64,000 nt of DNA from an uncultured Oscillibacter sp. (GTDB lineage Bacteria; Bacillota; Clostridia; Oscillospirales; Oscillospiraceae): NCBI GenBank assembly GCA_948916585.1, contig CAQXTN010000004.1:2-64001 (forward strand), written 5' to 3'. The translations under genes and the position numbers were made by a program. The stretch's first letter is position 1, and each line of letters begins with the position of its first letter. Shown piece by piece: positions 18,833 to 27,711 of this stretch. Below the pieces are notes generated by a model. The model saw only the letters and a list, made by a program, of their open reading frames with translations. It did no database searches and had not been told where the DNA came from.

Positions 18833-19873
18833 TTACTCGGTGGCAATGGCCTCGTAGCCCTCGGGAGCGGTGAGGCCCAGGGCCTCGCAGATAGCGGGGT
18901 TGTACTTCTTGACAAATTGGGGCGCGTACTCAATGGCCATTTCGGAGACCTGGGCCTTGCCGGTCAGGATGTCCACCGCCATTTCGCCAGTCTTGTAGCC
19001 GATGTCATAGTAGCTGATGGACAGGGTGGCCACGCCGCAGCCGCCGCAGATGCCTTCTTCCCCGGCAAAGACGGGCTTCACGCCCCGGCAGATGTTGTCA
19101 ATGATTCCGGCGTTGTTTGCCGCCGTGTTGTCCGTGGGGACATACAGCACGTCGGAGGCATCCGCGGCACTCTGGACCACGGAGGCCATGTCGTTGGTGT
19201 CGGAGAAGGGGAACTGGGTGCAGGCGTAGCCCATGTCCTCCAGGTAGCTCTGGACATTGTCCACTTGATACTGGCTGTTAGGCTCGGCGGAGCAGAAGAC
19301 CAGACCCACGGTCTTGGCGTCGGGGTACCACTCCTGGATCATCTGGGCCTGCTGGTCCAGGGGAGCAAGGTCGGAGGTGCCGGAGACGTTAGAGCCCACG
19401 ACGCCGGAGAAGTTGTCGATGCCCAGGGCCACGCCGTACTCGGTGATGGAGGTGCCCAGGACGGGAATGTCACTGGTGGCGGAGGCGGCGGCCTGGAGGG
19501 GCGCGGTGGCGTTGGCCATGATCAGGTCCACGCCTCCGGAGACAAAGCCGTTGATAATGGTGGCGCAGGTGGGGGTGTCACCCGCGGCGTTCTGGGGATC
19601 GAGTTCCACCTGGCCGGGGAGCAGGGCGTTCACCGCGTCGGTAAAGCCCTCGGTGGCGGCGTCCAGGGCCGGGTGGGGGGCCAGCTGGCAAATGCCGATT
19701 TTGTAGGTCTCGCCGGAGGCGTCGGAGGAAGTGGAGCCGGCGGGCTCCTGGGTTTCGGCGGGCGGCGCGTCATTGCCGGAGTTTCCGGAACCGGCGGAAT
19801 CCCCGCCGCAGGCGGCGAGGCTCAGGGCCATGGCCAGGGTCAGGACAAGAGCGAGTAATTTCTTCTTCATCAT
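18833..19873 (-). CDS. ABC substrate-binding lipoprotein (COG2984/TrpX-like)
   Basis: Lipobox LAAC; QLAPHPALD, ANATAPLQ, GTSD, PTDNT motifs. Confidence 0.9.
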   Translation of the reverse strand: MMKKKLLALVLTLAMALSLAACGGDSAGSGNSGNDAPPAETQEPAGSTSSDASGETYKIGICQLAPHPALDAATEGFTDAVNALLPGQVELDPQNAAGDTPTCATIINGFVSGGVDLIMANATAPLQAAASATSDIPVLGTSITEYGVALGIDNFSGVVGSNVSGTSDLAPLDQQAQMIQEWYPDAKTVGLVFCSAEPNSQYQVDNVQSYLEDMGYACTQFPFSDTNDMASVVQSAADASDVLYVPTDNTAANNAGIIDNICRGVKPVFAGEEGICGGCGVATLSISYYDIGYKTGEMAVDILTGKAQVSEMAIEYAPQFVKKYNPAICEALGLTAPEGYEAIATE

Positions 19874-19924
19874 TTCCAATCTCCTTGTGTTCTATAGTGT
19901 GCGCGGATTTATAGGGTTCATTAT

Positions 19925-19957
19925 AAAAAGCGGCCCGTCCGCAGACAGGACCGCCTT
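19925..19957 (-). terminator. Leader (attenuator) terminator upstream of the ABC operon
   Basis: AAGGCGGTCCTGTC-TGCG-GACGGGCCGCTTTTT on minus strand. Confidence 0.8.
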
Positions 19958-19978
19958 CCACCAAAAGCAAGCGCCTGT

Positions 19979-20077
19979 TCAGCCGGACTGTCTGGTTCCA
20001 CGCTCAAAACGGCCCGCATAGCGGACCTTGGTAAAGCGGAAATAGACGCCTTGAAGGGAAGAAGTGCGCGTACCCAT
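19979..20077 (-). CDS. Putative 32-aa Phe/Tyr leader peptide
   Basis: GAGAGGAG RBS 9 nt before ATG; MGTRTSSLQGVYFRFTKVRYAGRFERGTRQSG; lies between promoter and terminator. Confidence 0.65.
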   Translation of the reverse strand: MGTRTSSLQGVYFRFTKVRYAGRFERGTRQSG

Positions 20078-20132
20078 TGCATAACGCTCCTCTCAGATAG
20101 GTCAGAAAGGTAAACAGCCTTAACGCTTTTGT

Positions 20133-20161
20133 ACTATACAGCTTTAAAGGGATAAAGTCAA
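20133..20161 (-). promoter_or_regulatory. sigmaA promoter of leader/ABC operon
   Basis: TTGACT-N17-TATAGT. Confidence 0.8.
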
Positions 20162-20302
20162 TCGTCATTTTTACCAAAAAGCGGAGCCGAGGTCAGGGAT
20201 TCCACAGCTCCGTGTTCCGGCGAAAGGCCTTGCGCTGACAAGGATTGCCAGCTATTTTGTTGCAATTGTCCAAACGCGAGTGAAAATCTTTCCTGGACTC
20301 TA

Positions 20303-20331
20303 TTGCATGTTGCCGGAAACCGTCGTATAAT
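20303..20331 (+). promoter_or_regulatory. sigmaA promoter
   Basis: TTGCAT-N17-TATAAT. Confidence 0.7.
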
Positions 20332-20381
20332 AAACTCCCCTGCTGTACGGGGGAAGGAAATGAAAAACGGGAGGTCATTTT

Positions 20382-22412
20382 ATGCGAAACATCGTGCGCA
20401 AACAGTTCCTGGCGCTGGTGCTGGTCCTGGCCATGCTGGCCGGGCTGTCCGTTCCCGCCCTGGCGGCGGAGGAGGGCGGCAAAACCATCACCATCCTGCA
20501 AACCAGCGACCTGCACGGCATGGTCAATCCCTTTGACTATGCCTCCAACAAGGAAGTCAAAACCAGTATGGCCCACGCCGCCGCCATCATCAAGGCGGAG
20601 CGGGAGGCGGACCCGGACCTGCTTTTGCTGGATACCGGCGACACCACACAGGCCAACTACATCCAGGCATTCCTGGACGAAGTGCCCCACCCCATGATTG
20701 CGGCTATGAACTACTTGAAGTACGACGCCTGGACACTGGGCAACCACGAGTTCAACTTCGACTTCAAGTACACCACTCGGGAGATTGAGGAGTTCCAGGG
20801 CGTAACCCTGGGCGGCAACTTCTACAAGGCCGATGGGTCCCGCTGGCTGGACGCGTATCACATCTTCGAGGTGGACGGCGTGAAGGTGGCGGTATTTGGC
20901 GTGGACGCGCCCCATATTCCCCAGTGGGAGAAGTCCGACCCCAGCCACTATGACAACATGAAAATCACAAACCCCGATGAGGAAATCGGCAAGATTCTGG
21001 ACGAGCTGGAAGGCAAGGCCGACGTGATCATCGGCTCCGTCCACTACGGCCTGGACGGCGAGTACGGCGTTGCGGGCATGCGGGAAGTCGCCGAGAAATA
21101 CGGCGACCGGATGGACGCCCTCTTCATCGGCCACGCCCACGCCAAGGTCAATGAGACCATCGGGGGCATCCCCGTCCTGGAGCCCAGCAGCAACGGCGAA
21201 TTTGTCAGCAAGGTCACCCTGACCCTCAAGGCCGAGGGCGGCGGCTGGGCCGTGGACAAGGCCGAGGGCGAGCTTCTGGACTGCGCGGAAGCTACCCCGG
21301 ACCCGGAGTTCCTGGCCCAGGTCAAGGACCTCCACGAGAAGAGCCTGGAGCTGGCCTCCCGTCAGGTGGGCACGGTGGGCAAGACCTTCATCGAAAATCT
21401 GGAAGTGCTCCCCGGCATCCCCACCGCCGTCCTGGAGGACGACGCGGTCACCGATCTGGTGAACAAGGTCCAGATGGAGCGGGCCGGGGCCGACGTGTCC
21501 CTGGCGGCCCTGTTTGACTCCACCAGCAACCTCCAGGAGGGACCCTTCCTCCACCGGGACAGCGTGAAAATCTACAAGTACGACAACACCCTCTACGGTG
21601 TCAAGGTCACGGGGAAACAGATGAAGGCCATCATGGAGGAAAAAGCGGGCAGCTTCTTCAACCAGTACCAGCCCGGCGACGTGACCATCAGCTTCAATCC
21701 CAACATCCGTCTGTACAACTACGATATGTTTGCGGGTCTGGACTATGAGATTGACATTTCCAAGCCCGTGGGCTCCCGCATCCAGAACGTGATCTACAAG
21801 GGCCACCCCATGACTGACGACGAGACCATGATCCTGGCCCTGAACAACTACCGCTACGGCGGCCTGGTCTCCGCGGGCCTCATCAATGAAGAGGACGTGG
21901 TGTACGAGGGCGGCGCGGTCCGGGATATGATCACGGAGTACGTGGAATCCCTGGACGGTCCCCTGATGCCCGAGGTGGACAACAACTGGAAGATCGTGGG
22001 CGCGGACCTGGACGACCCCCAGAAGGACCTGATCTATGAGAAGGTCCGGGCGGGCGAGATTGAGATTCCCACCAGCGAGGATGGCCGCACCCCCAACATC
22101 GCCTCCCTGAACGGTCCCGCCCTGCGGGCCGAGGGCGTCCTGCCTCCTCTGGAGGAAGAGCCCGCCGAGGAGCCCGCCCCGACTCCGGAGCCCGCTCCCG
22201 AACCGGAGCCCGTTGAGGAGCCTGCTCCCGCTCCTGCCCCCGCCGCCGAGGGTGACTACACCGTCAAGGCCGGGGACTGCCTCTGGAGCATCGCCCAAGA
22301 GGTCTATGGCACCGGAACCAAGTGGGGTGCCATCTACAATGCCAACAAGGCTTCCGTCAAGGACCCCGCCTCCATCCAGATTGGGCAAGTCCTGGTGATC
22401 CCCGCGGCGTAA
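20382..22412 (+). CDS. Secreted 5'-nucleotidase / 2',3'-cyclic phosphodiesterase (CpdB-like) with C-terminal LysM
   Basis: Signal peptide; TSDLHG, DTGD, LGNHEF, GHAH; Pro/Glu linker; YTVKAGDCLWSIA LysM. Confidence 0.9.
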   Translation: MRNIVRKQFLALVLVLAMLAGLSVPALAAEEGGKTITILQTSDLHGMVNPFDYASNKEVKTSMAHAAAIIKAEREADPDLLLLDTGDTTQANYIQAFLDEVPHPMIAAMNYLKYDAWTLGNHEFNFDFKYTTREIEEFQGVTLGGNFYKADGSRWLDAYHIFEVDGVKVAVFGVDAPHIPQWEKSDPSHYDNMKITNPDEEIGKILDELEGKADVIIGSVHYGLDGEYGVAGMREVAEKYGDRMDALFIGHAHAKVNETIGGIPVLEPSSNGEFVSKVTLTLKAEGGGWAVDKAEGELLDCAEATPDPEFLAQVKDLHEKSLELASRQVGTVGKTFIENLEVLPGIPTAVLEDDAVTDLVNKVQMERAGADVSLAALFDSTSNLQEGPFLHRDSVKIYKYDNTLYGVKVTGKQMKAIMEEKAGSFFNQYQPGDVTISFNPNIRLYNYDMFAGLDYEIDISKPVGSRIQNVIYKGHPMTDDETMILALNNYRYGGLVSAGLINEEDVVYEGGAVRDMITEYVESLDGPLMPEVDNNWKIVGADLDDPQKDLIYEKVRAGEIEIPTSEDGRTPNIASLNGPALRAEGVLPPLEEEPAEEPAPTPEPAPEPEPVEEPAPAPAPAAEGDYTVKAGDCLWSIAQEVYGTGTKWGAIYNANKASVKDPASIQIGQVLVIPAA

Positions 22413-22439
22413 GCGCGCCAAGGTACATACCGTGAATGG

Positions 22440-22473
22440 TAAAGCGGCCCCGGCTTTTGCCGGGGCCGCTTTC
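22440..22473. terminator. Terminator
   Basis: AAAGCGGCCCCGGC/GCCGGGGCCGCTTT stem. Confidence 0.85.
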
Positions 22474-22520
22474 ACTCCGCTGCGTTTCTTGTCAAACGTT
22501 AGAGGATAGACCGCCGTCTC

Positions 22521-23342
22521 TCATGCCCGCCGCCGTTTCCGGAGCATCGACGCCCCGCAGGATAGAAGGAACAACCCCAGATTCGCCGCCACCACCGTGG
22601 CCCCCACCGGCGTGGACCAGGCAAAGGACACGGTGAGCCCCACGCAGAAGCACCCAACCGACGTAGCGGCGGCGCAGAGGGCCACCCCCCGAAAGCTCCG
22701 GAAGAGACGCATGGCCGTCAGCGCCGGGAAGATCACCAGAGAGGAGATCAGCATGGCCCCCATCATCCGCATCCCCAGCACGATGGTCAAAGCCGTCAGA
22801 ATGGCCAACAGGGCGTTGTACCGTTCCACCTTCAAGCCTGTGGCCCGGGAGAAGCTCTCGTCAAAGGTCACGGCAAAAATTCGGTGATAAAACAGGACAA
22901 ACAGCGCCAGCACCGCCGTGCAAAGCACCACGGACAAGACCACGTCCGCCTGGCTCATAGCCAGGACACTGCCGAACATGTAGTTGTCCACATCCGTGGT
23001 CATGCCGGAGGTCTTGGAGATTACCAGCACGCCCAGGGCCAGGGAGGAGGCGCTGACCACGGCGATGGCGGCGTCGCTGTTCCACCGGGGGCTGTCCGCC
23101 ACACGGAGGAGGAGAAAGGCTGCCGCCACCACCACAGGAATGGAGAAATACAGCGGCGTAAACCCCAGGGCCGCCGCCACGGCCAGGGCCCCGAAGGACA
23201 CGTGGCTAAGACCGTCGCCAATCATGGAGTACCGTTTCAGAACCAAGGGCACCCCCAGCAGGGCGGCGCACAAACTCACCAGCACCCCGGCGATGAGGGC
23301 CCGCTGGATGAAGGGGAAGGAGAACATTTCCAATAAGCTCAT
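22521..23342 (-). CDS. Metal (Zn/Mn) ABC transporter permease, ZnuB-like
   Basis: SMIGDGLSHVSFG, YMFGSVL, TFDESF. Confidence 0.9.
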   Translation of the reverse strand: MSLLEMFSFPFIQRALIAGVLVSLCAALLGVPLVLKRYSMIGDGLSHVSFGALAVAAALGFTPLYFSIPVVVAAAFLLLRVADSPRWNSDAAIAVVSASSLALGVLVISKTSGMTTDVDNYMFGSVLAMSQADVVLSVVLCTAVLALFVLFYHRIFAVTFDESFSRATGLKVERYNALLAILTALTIVLGMRMMGAMLISSLVIFPALTAMRLFRSFRGVALCAAATSVGCFCVGLTVSFAWSTPVGATVVAANLGLFLLSCGASMLRKRRRA

Positions 23343-24052
23343 TCCGAGGCCTCCTTGAAGCGCCTCCCATAGGGGGAGGCCAGATACTCCGCCGGGGTTC
23401 CCAGGAAGGTTCCCCCGTGGCCGATATGCAGGACGGTTCCCGCTTCCCGGAGGGCGGGCCGGAGATCATGGGTTACCATAACCACCGCCATGCCCTCCTT
23501 TTTATTCAAATAGCCCAAAGTTTTGTACAGGTCCTGGGCAGCGGCGGGGTCCAGACCGGTGACGGGCTCGTCCAGGATCAGGAGCCGCCCGGCGGCGCAG
23601 AGAGCCCGGGCCAGGAGCACCCGTTGCTGCTGTCCTCCGGAGAGGTCCCGATAGCTCTGGTTTTTCAATTCCAGGGCCCCCAGCTTCCCCAGGTTCATCA
23701 GCGCCTGGGACCGCTGAGCGGCGGAGTAAAAGAACCCCAAGCCCTTCCGGTTCAAAAAGCCGGAGAGGACCACCTCCTCCACCGTGGCGGGGAAGTCCCG
23801 CTGAGCCTTTGTCTGCTGGGGAAGGTAACCCACGGCTCCCCGCTCCAGCTCCGCCGCCCGTTCGATGGTCCCCGACAAGGGCGGCAGAAGCCCCAGAAGC
23901 CCCCGGAGCAGGGTGGACTTCCCGGAGCCATTGTCCCCCACAATACAGAGATAGTCTCCGGCCCGGATGTGCAGATTCAAATGGGTCAGGACGCTCTGAC
24001 CCTCATAGCCCAGGGATAGGTCCCGGCAGACAATCAAATCGGTACGCTCCAT
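23339..24052 (-). CDS. Metal ABC transporter ATPase, ZnuC-like
   Basis: GDNGSGKST, GYLPQ, FPATVEEVV, LSGGQQQRVLLARAL. Confidence 0.9.
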   Translation of the reverse strand: MERTDLIVCRDLSLGYEGQSVLTHLNLHIRAGDYLCIVGDNGSGKSTLLRGLLGLLPPLSGTIERAAELERGAVGYLPQQTKAQRDFPATVEEVVLSGFLNRKGLGFFYSAAQRSQALMNLGKLGALELKNQSYRDLSGGQQQRVLLARALCAAGRLLILDEPVTGLDPAAAQDLYKTLGYLNKKEGMAVVMVTHDLRPALREAGTVLHIGHGGTFLGTPAEYLASPYGRRFKEASE

Positions 24053-24081
24053 GGTTTACCTCCTGGTTGACAATTGCCGTT

Positions 24082-24110
24082 ATTTTACAGCGGAGCGGGC
24101 GAAACGTCAA
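24082..24110 (-). promoter_or_regulatory. sigmaA promoter of metal ABC genes
   Basis: TTGACG-N17-TAAAAT. Confidence 0.7.
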
Positions 24111-24119
24111 GCGCTCCGC

Positions 24120-24593
24120 CTATCCCTGCCGCTCCGGCAGTTCCATCTCATGCTCCATGGGGATAAAACCGTATGCTTCATACAGCGGTCGCCCCATGGC
24201 GGTTGCCTCCAGAGAAATGGCCGCAACGCCCCGGCTCCTAGCCACTTGCACGAGAAGGCCCAGGGTTTTTCGGGCGATGCCCCTTCTCCGGTATTCAGGG
24301 CGGGTATACATATTCATGATATACGCGTTTGTCCCGCTGGGGTTGTGATAGGTGGGCATCACCTGAAAGAAGCTGACGCCGCCGGCACCCACAACGCGCC
24401 CTCCGTCCCATACCAGATATGCGGCGTGGCTATCGTCCAGAAGCGCTCTTTGATAATAGCGGCGGGTCTGCCGCTTTACCTCGCTCATGTCTGTACTACT
24501 GGGTAATCCGTTAGCGGCCCGCAGCACTTCCGCTCTTATGTCGGTTAAGATATCCAGGTCCGCAATACCCGCTTTTTGGTAGATCAAATTCAT
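24120..24593 (-). CDS. GNAT-family acetyltransferase
   Basis: MNMYTRPEYRRRGIA, LEATAMGRPLYEAYGF. Confidence 0.9.
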   Translation of the reverse strand: MNLIYQKAGIADLDILTDIRAEVLRAANGLPSSTDMSEVKRQTRRYYQRALLDDSHAAYLVWDGGRVVGAGGVSFFQVMPTYHNPSGTNAYIMNMYTRPEYRRRGIARKTLGLLVQVARSRGVAAISLEATAMGRPLYEAYGFIPMEHEMELPERQG

Positions 24594-24782
24594 AGTCTGC
24601 CCCCTGTAGGCCGGTAATTGGTTCCAATTATACCGCTGTCCCGCCGGAACGTCAATGCTCCGCCATGGCGGAGCCAAAAGCCGACGGACGCTGCCAGAGG
24701 GATTCCCTTCTTGAATTGCCGCAGGCCCCGTGATAAAATCAAAGGGTCTACCGTTGTTTCCTACCAGAAAGGAGGCGGGTTC

Positions 24783-25541
24783 ATGAATACCGCAGAATGG
24801 AAAGCCCTCTGGCTGGAGGAGGAAGCCCAGGCCCATATTCACGGCTGGGATTTCTCCCATCTTCAGGGCCGATTTGAGGAGGAACACGACCTTCCCTGGA
24901 GCTACCGGGCCCTGGTCCGGGAATACCTGCGGGGGGATATGACGCTTCTGGACTGCGACACCGGGGGCGGCGAGTTCCTGCTGTCCCTGGAACACCCCGC
25001 CTCCAACACCGCCGCCACAGAGGGCTATCCCCCCAATGTGGAGCTGTGCCGGGAAACTCTGCCGCCCTTGGGGATCGATTTTCGGGAGTGTGCCGATCCT
25101 TCGGCCATTCCCTTTCCTGACAGCTCCTTTGATAGAATTCTCAACCGCCACGGGGCCTTTGACCCGGCGGAGCTGTTCCGCCTTTTGAAACCCGGCGGTA
25201 TATTCCTCACGGAGCAGGTGGGGGAGGACAACGACCGGGACCTGGTGGAACGGGTTCTCCCGGGAATTCCAAAGCCCTTTCCCCACAAGAATCTCCGGGA
25301 ACAGCGGGCGGCCTTTGAGGCTGCGGGCTTCCAAATCCACCAGGGGGAGGAGGCTTACCGGCCTATTGTGTTCTATGATGTGGGGGCCTTCGTTTGGTTT
25401 GCCCGGGTCATTGCGTGGGAGTTTCCCGGCTTCTCCGTGGAGCGGTGCTTTGACCGTCTCCTGGACATGCAGGAGGAGCTGGAGAAAACCGGAAGGATTC
25501 AGGGGACCATTCACCGCTATCTGATCATCGCCGGAAAATAG
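24783..25541 (+). CDS. Class I SAM-dependent methyltransferase
   Basis: LLDCDTGGGE, FPDSSFD, LLKPGGIF; GAAAGGAGG RBS. Confidence 0.9.
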   Translation: MNTAEWKALWLEEEAQAHIHGWDFSHLQGRFEEEHDLPWSYRALVREYLRGDMTLLDCDTGGGEFLLSLEHPASNTAATEGYPPNVELCRETLPPLGIDFRECADPSAIPFPDSSFDRILNRHGAFDPAELFRLLKPGGIFLTEQVGEDNDRDLVERVLPGIPKPFPHKNLREQRAAFEAAGFQIHQGEEAYRPIVFYDVGAFVWFARVIAWEFPGFSVERCFDRLLDMQEELEKTGRIQGTIHRYLIIAGK

Positions 25542-25563
25542 AACCAGACAGGAGGCCTGTCCC

Positions 25564-27393
25564 ATGGACAAGCGTACCCTTTTCAAACAATATTTCGGCC
25601 ACAGCGAGTTCCGCCCCGGCCAGGAGCCCCTGGTGGACGCTCTGCTCAGCGGCCGGGACGCCCTGGGCGTCATGCCCACCGGGGCGGGAAAGTCCGTGTG
25701 CTATCAGCTCCCGGCCCTGCTGCTGCCAGGGCTGACCCTGGTGCTCTCCCCCCTCATCTCTCTGATGAAGGATCAGGTGGCGGCCTTGTCCCAGGCGGGT
25801 ATTCCCGCCGCGTACATCAACTCCTCCCTGGACGCGGAGGAATACCGGGAGGTCTACCGCCGGATTCGCCGGGGGGACTGTAAGCTCCTGTACATCGCCC
25901 CGGAGCGCCTCCAAGCCGAGGGCTTCCGTCGCCTGTTGGAGGAGCTGCCTGTCTCCCTGGTGGCTGTGGACGAGGCCCATTGCGTCTCCCAGTGGGGCCA
26001 GGACTTCCGGCCCAGCTACCTGGAGATTGCGGAGCTGGTCCGCTCCCTGCCTGTCCGGCCCCCGGTGGGGGCCTTTACCGCCACCGCCACGGCGGCGGCG
26101 CGCCGGGACATCGAGTCCCTGCTGGAGCTCCGGGACCCCCTGCGCGTCACCACCGGCTTTGACCGGCCCAACCTCTTTTTCGAGGTGGTCCGAGCCAGGG
26201 ACAAGGACCAGTGGCTCCACCGCTTCCTGGCGGAGCGGCCGGAGCAAAGCGGCATTGTCTACTGCGCCACCCGGAAGGCCGTGGACGCGGTATGCGCCTC
26301 CCTGCTGGCCCAGGGCGTCCCCGCCGCCCGGTATCACGCCGGCATGGAGGACCAGGAGCGCCGCCAGAGCCAGGAGGGCTTTGTCTACGATCAGGTCCGG
26401 GTCATGGTGGCCACCAACGCCTTTGGCATGGGCATCGACAAATCCAACGTGGGCTTTGTGGTCCACTACAACATGCCCAAGGACCTGGAGAGCTATTATC
26501 AGGAGGCGGGCCGGGCGGGGCGGGACGGCAGCCCCGCCCGCTGCGTCCTGCTCTACGCCCCCGGGGACGTGCGGACGGCGAAATTTCTGATTACCAACTC
26601 CCAGGAGACCCAGGAGGGAGACCCGGAACGCCTCCGCCGGGATCTTTTCCGCCTGGAGCGGATGGTGGCCTACTGCAAAACCGGCGGCTGCCTCCGGGCG
26701 GACCTCTTGGACTACTTCGGAGAGATTCACAAGGGAAACTGCGAGAACTGCGGCAACTGTGCCGGGGATTTTGTGGAGCGGGATATCACCGTGGAGGCTC
26801 AGAAAATCCTCTCCGCCGTGGCCCGGGTGGAAAAGCGCTATGCCTACGGTCTGGGCGCCGCCGTCATCATCAAGCTCCTCCGGGGAAGCCGGGACCGGCG
26901 GGTCCTCCAGTTGGGCTTGGACCAGCTCCCTACCCATGGGGCCTTGAGGGGGCTGGACCGGGACCGCGTCCAGCGGTACATAGACCATCTGATGGAGGAG
27001 GGCTACCTCCGCGGCGACGGGGAAGAGTACCCCGTCCTCCGGCTGACGGCCCAGGCCGGGGACGTGCTCTTTCGTGGAAAGCGGGTTTCCCTCCGGGAGC
27101 GGGCGCCGGAGGCGGCGCCCGCCGGGGGGACAGCCCCGCGCGCCGCGTCCCAGGAGGCGGACAGCAGCCTGCTGGCGGCGCTGAAGGCCCTCCGCTTCCG
27201 TCTGGCCCAGGAGGCGGGGGTTCCCGCCTACGTGGTCTTTTCCAACGCCGCGCTGGCGGATATGGCGGCTCTGCGGCCCCTGGACATGGAGGAGTTTTTG
27301 CGGGTTTCCGGCGTGGGCCGGGTCAAGGCGGAGCGCTACGGCGAGGCCTTTTTGAAGGCCATCCGGGACTGGCGGGCAGGGGTGGGGGAGTAG
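25564..27393 (+). CDS. recQ: RecQ DNA helicase
   Basis: MPTGAGKSVCYQLP, DEAHCVSQWG, RQC Zn motif, HRDC. Confidence 0.95.
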   Translation: MDKRTLFKQYFGHSEFRPGQEPLVDALLSGRDALGVMPTGAGKSVCYQLPALLLPGLTLVLSPLISLMKDQVAALSQAGIPAAYINSSLDAEEYREVYRRIRRGDCKLLYIAPERLQAEGFRRLLEELPVSLVAVDEAHCVSQWGQDFRPSYLEIAELVRSLPVRPPVGAFTATATAAARRDIESLLELRDPLRVTTGFDRPNLFFEVVRARDKDQWLHRFLAERPEQSGIVYCATRKAVDAVCASLLAQGVPAARYHAGMEDQERRQSQEGFVYDQVRVMVATNAFGMGIDKSNVGFVVHYNMPKDLESYYQEAGRAGRDGSPARCVLLYAPGDVRTAKFLITNSQETQEGDPERLRRDLFRLERMVAYCKTGGCLRADLLDYFGEIHKGNCENCGNCAGDFVERDITVEAQKILSAVARVEKRYAYGLGAAVIIKLLRGSRDRRVLQLGLDQLPTHGALRGLDRDRVQRYIDHLMEEGYLRGDGEEYPVLRLTAQAGDVLFRGKRVSLRERAPEAAPAGGTAPRAASQEADSSLLAALKALRFRLAQEAGVPAYVVFSNAALADMAALRPLDMEEFLRVSGVGRVKAERYGEAFLKAIRDWRAGVGE

Positions 27394-27526
27394 GCCGCTT
27401 CCCCGGAAAAAGGACCGCTGTCGAAAGGTTGGATAACTTTGGAAAATGCCGCTTTTTTACCTTAGATAGTATCCACAAAAATGCTGGTCCATTTCTTTAG
27501 AACTGTACAAATATGGTATACTCTTC

Positions 27527-27556
27527 TTGACGTGCGGCGGTCTCCTGTGCTAAAAT
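27527..27556 (+). promoter_or_regulatory. sigmaA promoter of sugar ABC operon
   Basis: TTGACG-N18-TAAAAT with TG extension. Confidence 0.55.
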
Positions 27557-27711
27557 ACGGACGTATTTGCCGGAGGGCATGGCGGTCCACTCCCAAGAGA
27601 ATTTTGGAAAGGGAGTACTCCCTTTTCCCGCGCTTTGCAAGCGCGGGAACCAGAGCTTTGGGGGGCCGTTGTACTTTTCGGGAAAACCAATCGAAAAGGA
27701 GAAAAGAAGTT

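Noticed and set aside
19921..20082. Alternative 53-aa leader ORF MQWVRALL... with one Trp codon
   Set aside because: ATG is only 4 nt from the SD and the frame runs through the terminator; the Phe/Tyr frame fits spacing and attenuation geometry better
19880..20130. T-box upstream of the amino-acid ABC operon
   Set aside because: No GGTGGnACCGCG T-box sequence or AGAGA/GnTG stem I arrangement found
20227..20243. CCTTG-N6-CAAGG dyad resembling ends of integrative elements
   Set aside because: Short, isolated, and no integrase or compositional break nearby
20193..22475. Long antisense ORFs (760 aa here; also 28676-30358, 56796-58886, 39750-41180)
   Set aside because: Shadows of real genes in high-GC DNA, with no motifs or RBS
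27428..27477. DnaA-box-like GTTGGATAA and GTATCCACA
   Set aside because: Only two imperfect matches and no origin context
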